Shown: one piece after another, positions 60,935-64,000 of the stretch
How the letters are laid out: every line of letters begins with the position of its first letter
Position numbering within the stretch: the stretch's first letter is position 1
Virus record (IMG/VR): IMGVR_UViG_3300042554_000362
Location: 341 to 64,340 of that record
DNA: 64,000 bases
Source of the DNA: a virus
Taxonomy: Duplodnaviria; Caudoviricetes
Direction: 5' to 3' (one strand)
Position numbers and translations under genes: made by a program
Notes under the pieces: model-generated
What the model was told of the DNA's origin: nothing
The model's database searches: none
The model's input: the letters and a program-made list of their open reading frames with translations, nothing else

Positions 60935-63448
60935 ATGGCAGACTATAGGTATACAAGTTTATTTAGAGGGACCAACAATCAAGGGCAGGTAGACTATAAG
61001 TATACCAACGTATTTAAACCAGCCAATGATCCCGGTAGACAAGCAGTAGATGCATCAGCTGTGGGAGCAGGTATTCCCTCTGGTAATAGTGCACCTTTAT
61101 CTAATCCTGGGATTTTAGGTTCTACTCAAGCTGAAAGATTACGTAATCAAAAGCGAAGAGAAGATAATGTACTCAGGCCAACCACTGGCACTGGGCGCAC
61201 TGAACCTAGTGAGCCAGCTGGACCACGTACACCTAGAGATAAAACTGTATACGACAGTCATTCGCAGCGACCCGAAGGTCCGAGACCCAATCCTTTGGAC
61301 AATTATGTAAATGTAACCTATGGACTTAGTTTACATGCCATTAAACCTAACAGATACAACGACATTGTAGGCGGTTCACCATACACTACAGACAGCGCAG
61401 GTATTGGTACAGTGTTGATTGCCAGTGGTGGTCGCAGGTCAGATCGTTTTGTTCGCAACAAGCATTTTCAAACTGACATGTACTTTGAAAGTCTTAAAAT
61501 GACTTCGGTAATTGGTATGAACAGCAGAACCCGGGGTAGTAATGTGGTTGAAGTCAGTTTTACCATACTTGAACCATTTAGTGTAAGTTTTGTTGAGAGA
61601 CTGCTGGCAGTGGCCAATGACCTTGATGTACCAAGTTGGGATCAAATGTTTCTTATGCTGCAAATTGATTTTTTCGGTAATACCGACGACGGCGAAATAA
61701 TTAACCCATTGCCAGATCATACCAAATATATACCTGTTAAAATTATAGATGTCAACATCCGGGTTGATACCAAGGGTGCTGAATACAAGTGTACAGCTAT
61801 TCCAGCCAGTCATACCAGCATGATGGAATCCAGTGCTAGTACACCGGTTATATTTGAAGTGCTGTCAAAGAATCTAGGGGATTTTTTCAGCAGCACTGGT
61901 GCCGATGTTAATTTGAAACCCGAAAACAATCAACGTGAAGACACCGGGGGCACCAATGCTAATTCTGCTGCAAATTCTGTAAAAATTTATAGCTTTGTTG
62001 ATGCCATGAACAAGCATCAGCGAAATTTAAAAGATGACAAACTACAAGACACAGCTGATGAATATAAATTTGTAGTGCCTAAAAGCATTGCTAGTGCTAC
62101 TGTACTACACAAACCTAAAATTAATGCTGCTGGCAATTTGCCATCGCAAATCAACAATAACCAAACTAAAACCAGTAGCAAGCCAGATTCTGAGCGTGAA
62201 GTTACTAGAATCAATGCAGGAACCAGTGTGCTAGATGTTGCTAACCAAATGATCCGAAACAGCTCTTATTTTATTGATCAAATAGACACTGAGAACGACG
62301 GTGAAGTTAGCACAGATACACCTATTAAAGCATTTAAGTTTCTCACTGAGATAAAGTTAGGGGAATGGGACAAGAAGAGAAAGAAGTACCAAAAGTTTAT
62401 AACCTATCATATCAAAGAATATAGTTATTATAACACTAAATTTCTTAAAACTAGACGCAGCATACCCAGTAAATGGGTCAAAGAGTACTACTACATGTAC
62501 ACTGGGAAAAATCAACAAATCATTGATTTTACCATTGACTTCAATACCATGTTTATTACCAACGTCAGTGCTTTTGCAGATCGTAAAGATCGAAACCAAG
62601 TCAATAATGCAGATAGCAGTCCTAGTCAACCCATTGCTGAAAGCGATTCTGGTAAAATTCAAACCAATAGACCCAACTATGTGGTCAGTCAAACCAGTGT
62701 GCATGCTACCGGAACTGCTAATCTGAGCAAAGAGGCTGTGGCAGCTGGAGACTTGTACAAAAGCATGATGAGCAGCTCGCGTGGTGACATGATCAATGTG
62801 CGTTTGAAAATTGCTGGTGATCCAGAATTGATCAAGCAAGATGACATTTTTATTTCTCCAAATCGCATGGGCACAGAAGTAATGGTAGGCAACAGCGTCA
62901 ACATGGATGCTGGTGAAGTGCATGCTTATCTTACTTTTAAAACTCCCGAAGACATAAACATGAACACAGGCTTGTACGATGGGTTAGACAGCGGACGCAA
63001 TGCATTTTCGGGCATATACAAAATTGTAACCGTAGACAATGAGTTTAGTCGTGGACAATTTACACAAACACTAGAAATGATTAGATTGTTTGATCAAGAA
63101 GATCAAACCAGTCCCAGTCGCAGAATTGATCCTAGAAACATACCAGCCAGTCAAGGTGATCTAATCGCAAGGGAACAATTTGCCATGGCCAATGAGGCAC
63201 CAGCAGTACCACCACCGCCTATAGAACAAGGTGATGCTCGTGTGGCAGAAACCATGGCCACTAGAACTACCAGTCAAACACAAACTACGCCTACACCCAG
63301 TGGATCCACACAGCAATCTAACCCCAGTGGTCGACGTGTGCTGCCTTCGTTTGTACCTGATATTAGACCCAATCTAAATCAAAGATTACAAACAGTGCGT
63401 GATCAACCTGTGACTCCGGTAACTGGGTTTATACCAAACAGTGAATAA
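60935..63448 (+). CDS. Baseplate hub protein (gp27/gpD-like) with disordered termini
   Basis: 837 aa with FTILEPF, LKIAGDP and FSGIYKIVTVDNEFSRGQFTQTL; lies between gp53 and gp5. Confidence 0.65.
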   Translation: MADYRYTSLFRGTNNQGQVDYKYTNVFKPANDPGRQAVDASAVGAGIPSGNSAPLSNPGILGSTQAERLRNQKRREDNVLRPTTGTGRTEPSEPAGPRTPRDKTVYDSHSQRPEGPRPNPLDNYVNVTYGLSLHAIKPNRYNDIVGGSPYTTDSAGIGTVLIASGGRRSDRFVRNKHFQTDMYFESLKMTSVIGMNSRTRGSNVVEVSFTILEPFSVSFVERLLAVANDLDVPSWDQMFLMLQIDFFGNTDDGEIINPLPDHTKYIPVKIIDVNIRVDTKGAEYKCTAIPASHTSMMESSASTPVIFEVLSKNLGDFFSSTGADVNLKPENNQREDTGGTNANSAANSVKIYSFVDAMNKHQRNLKDDKLQDTADEYKFVVPKSIASATVLHKPKINAAGNLPSQINNNQTKTSSKPDSEREVTRINAGTSVLDVANQMIRNSSYFIDQIDTENDGEVSTDTPIKAFKFLTEIKLGEWDKKRKKYQKFITYHIKEYSYYNTKFLKTRRSIPSKWVKEYYYMYTGKNQQIIDFTIDFNTMFITNVSAFADRKDRNQVNNADSSPSQPIAESDSGKIQTNRPNYVVSQTSVHATGTANLSKEAVAAGDLYKSMMSSSRGDMINVRLKIAGDPELIKQDDIFISPNRMGTEVMVGNSVNMDAGEVHAYLTFKTPEDINMNTGLYDGLDSGRNAFSGIYKIVTVDNEFSRGQFTQTLEMIRLFDQEDQTSPSRRIDPRNIPASQGDLIAREQFAMANEAPAVPPPPIEQGDARVAETMATRTTSQTQTTPTPSGSTQQSNPSGRRVLPSFVPDIRPNLNQRLQTVRDQPVTPVTGFIPNSE

Positions 63449-63450
63449 TT

Positions 63451-64000
63451 ATGTCAATCAACAGCGATAAACGTATTGGTCGTCGAGTACCAGAACATAT
63501 TAGACGCGAGGACGCCGAAGGTGTTCGTTATGATTCTGGTCCATATATCGGCAAAGTCAAGAATAACAGCGATCCTACACGCAGCGGAAGGCTGCAAGTA
63601 TGGATTCCTGACCTAGGTGGCGGCGATGAAAGTGATCCTGCTAACTGGCGCACAGTAAGCTATGCCAGCCCATTTCTGGGCAGTACCGTACAAGAGCCGC
63701 CTGATCCTAAAAGAAATAACAGTAAAAATAAAGAAAACAGTTTTACTCAGGTACGTCATACCTATGGAATGTGGTTTAATGTACCAGACTTAGACAATTT
63801 AGTACTTTGTACATTTGTGGCCGGCGATGCCATGCGCGGATTCTGGTTTGCCTGTATACCTAACCAATTTGGACATCACATGATTCCAAATTTGGGTAGC
63901 TCAGACAAAGTTGATTCCAGTCACATCAAAGATCCCGGGGTGCGTGCGATCTATAAACCAGGACTAGCTTATCCAGTGGTGGAAAGCAACGAGTACAGCG
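63451..64000 (+). CDS. gp5: Baseplate central spike gp5/VgrG-like protein, N-terminal OB-fold; partial
   Basis: Not in the ORF track. Manual translation gives GPYIGKVKNNSDPTRSGRLQVWIP...YGMWFNVPDLDNLVLCTFVAGD. Confidence 0.8.
   Translation, partial: MSINSDKRIGRRVPEHIRREDAEGVRYDSGPYIGKVKNNSDPTRSGRLQVWIPDLGGGDESDPANWRTVSYASPFLGSTVQEPPDPKRNNSKNKENSFTQVRHTYGMWFNVPDLDNLVLCTFVAGDAMRGFWFACIPNQFGHHMIPNLGSSDKVDSSHIKDPGVRAIYKPGLAYPVVESNEYS

Noticed and set aside
1-64000. Stop-codon reassignment (alternative genetic code)
   Set aside because: Core genes are full length in code 11, and TAA, TAG (e.g. 10877, 48210) and TGA all end genes at sensible positions.

Overview
This window is part of a large T4-like (myovirus-type Caudoviricetes) phage genome, in the standard genetic code, and covers most of the virion and late-gene region. 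From 1 to about 44.8 kb, all on the minus strand, is a very large fibre/adhesin cluster. It holds a tandem array of paralogous glycine-rich proteins (about 17 domain copies in 8 genes), Gly-Ala-Thr collagen-like fibres including a 2282-aa protein, an S8 subtilisin protease, Ig/Calx-beta-like proteins and two paralogues resembling phiKZ-type tail proteins. From 45.8 to 53.9 kb are the major capsid gp23, scaffold gp22, prohead protease gp21, putative core proteins, portal gp20 and a tape-measure protein. From 53.9 to 64 kb are a gp26/gp51-like pair, a ~410-nt non-coding gap, a Holliday junction resolvase, gp46/gp47, late sigma gp55 and baseplate genes (gp48/54-, gp53-, gp27- and gp5-like). The most notable observations are: (1) a candidate ~340-nt highly structured RNA at 55081-55417 next to GC-GNAA-GC mini-hairpins; (2) a likely programmed -1 frameshift joining the gp26-like and gp51-like frames, as in lambda G/GT; (3) a modular adhesin library with a shared N-terminal module and reciprocally swapped C-terminal bodies; and (4) TAAATA late-promoter motifs built into upstream stop codons 4-7 nt before the next ATG. 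All family assignments come from motif recognition by eye, not from database searches.
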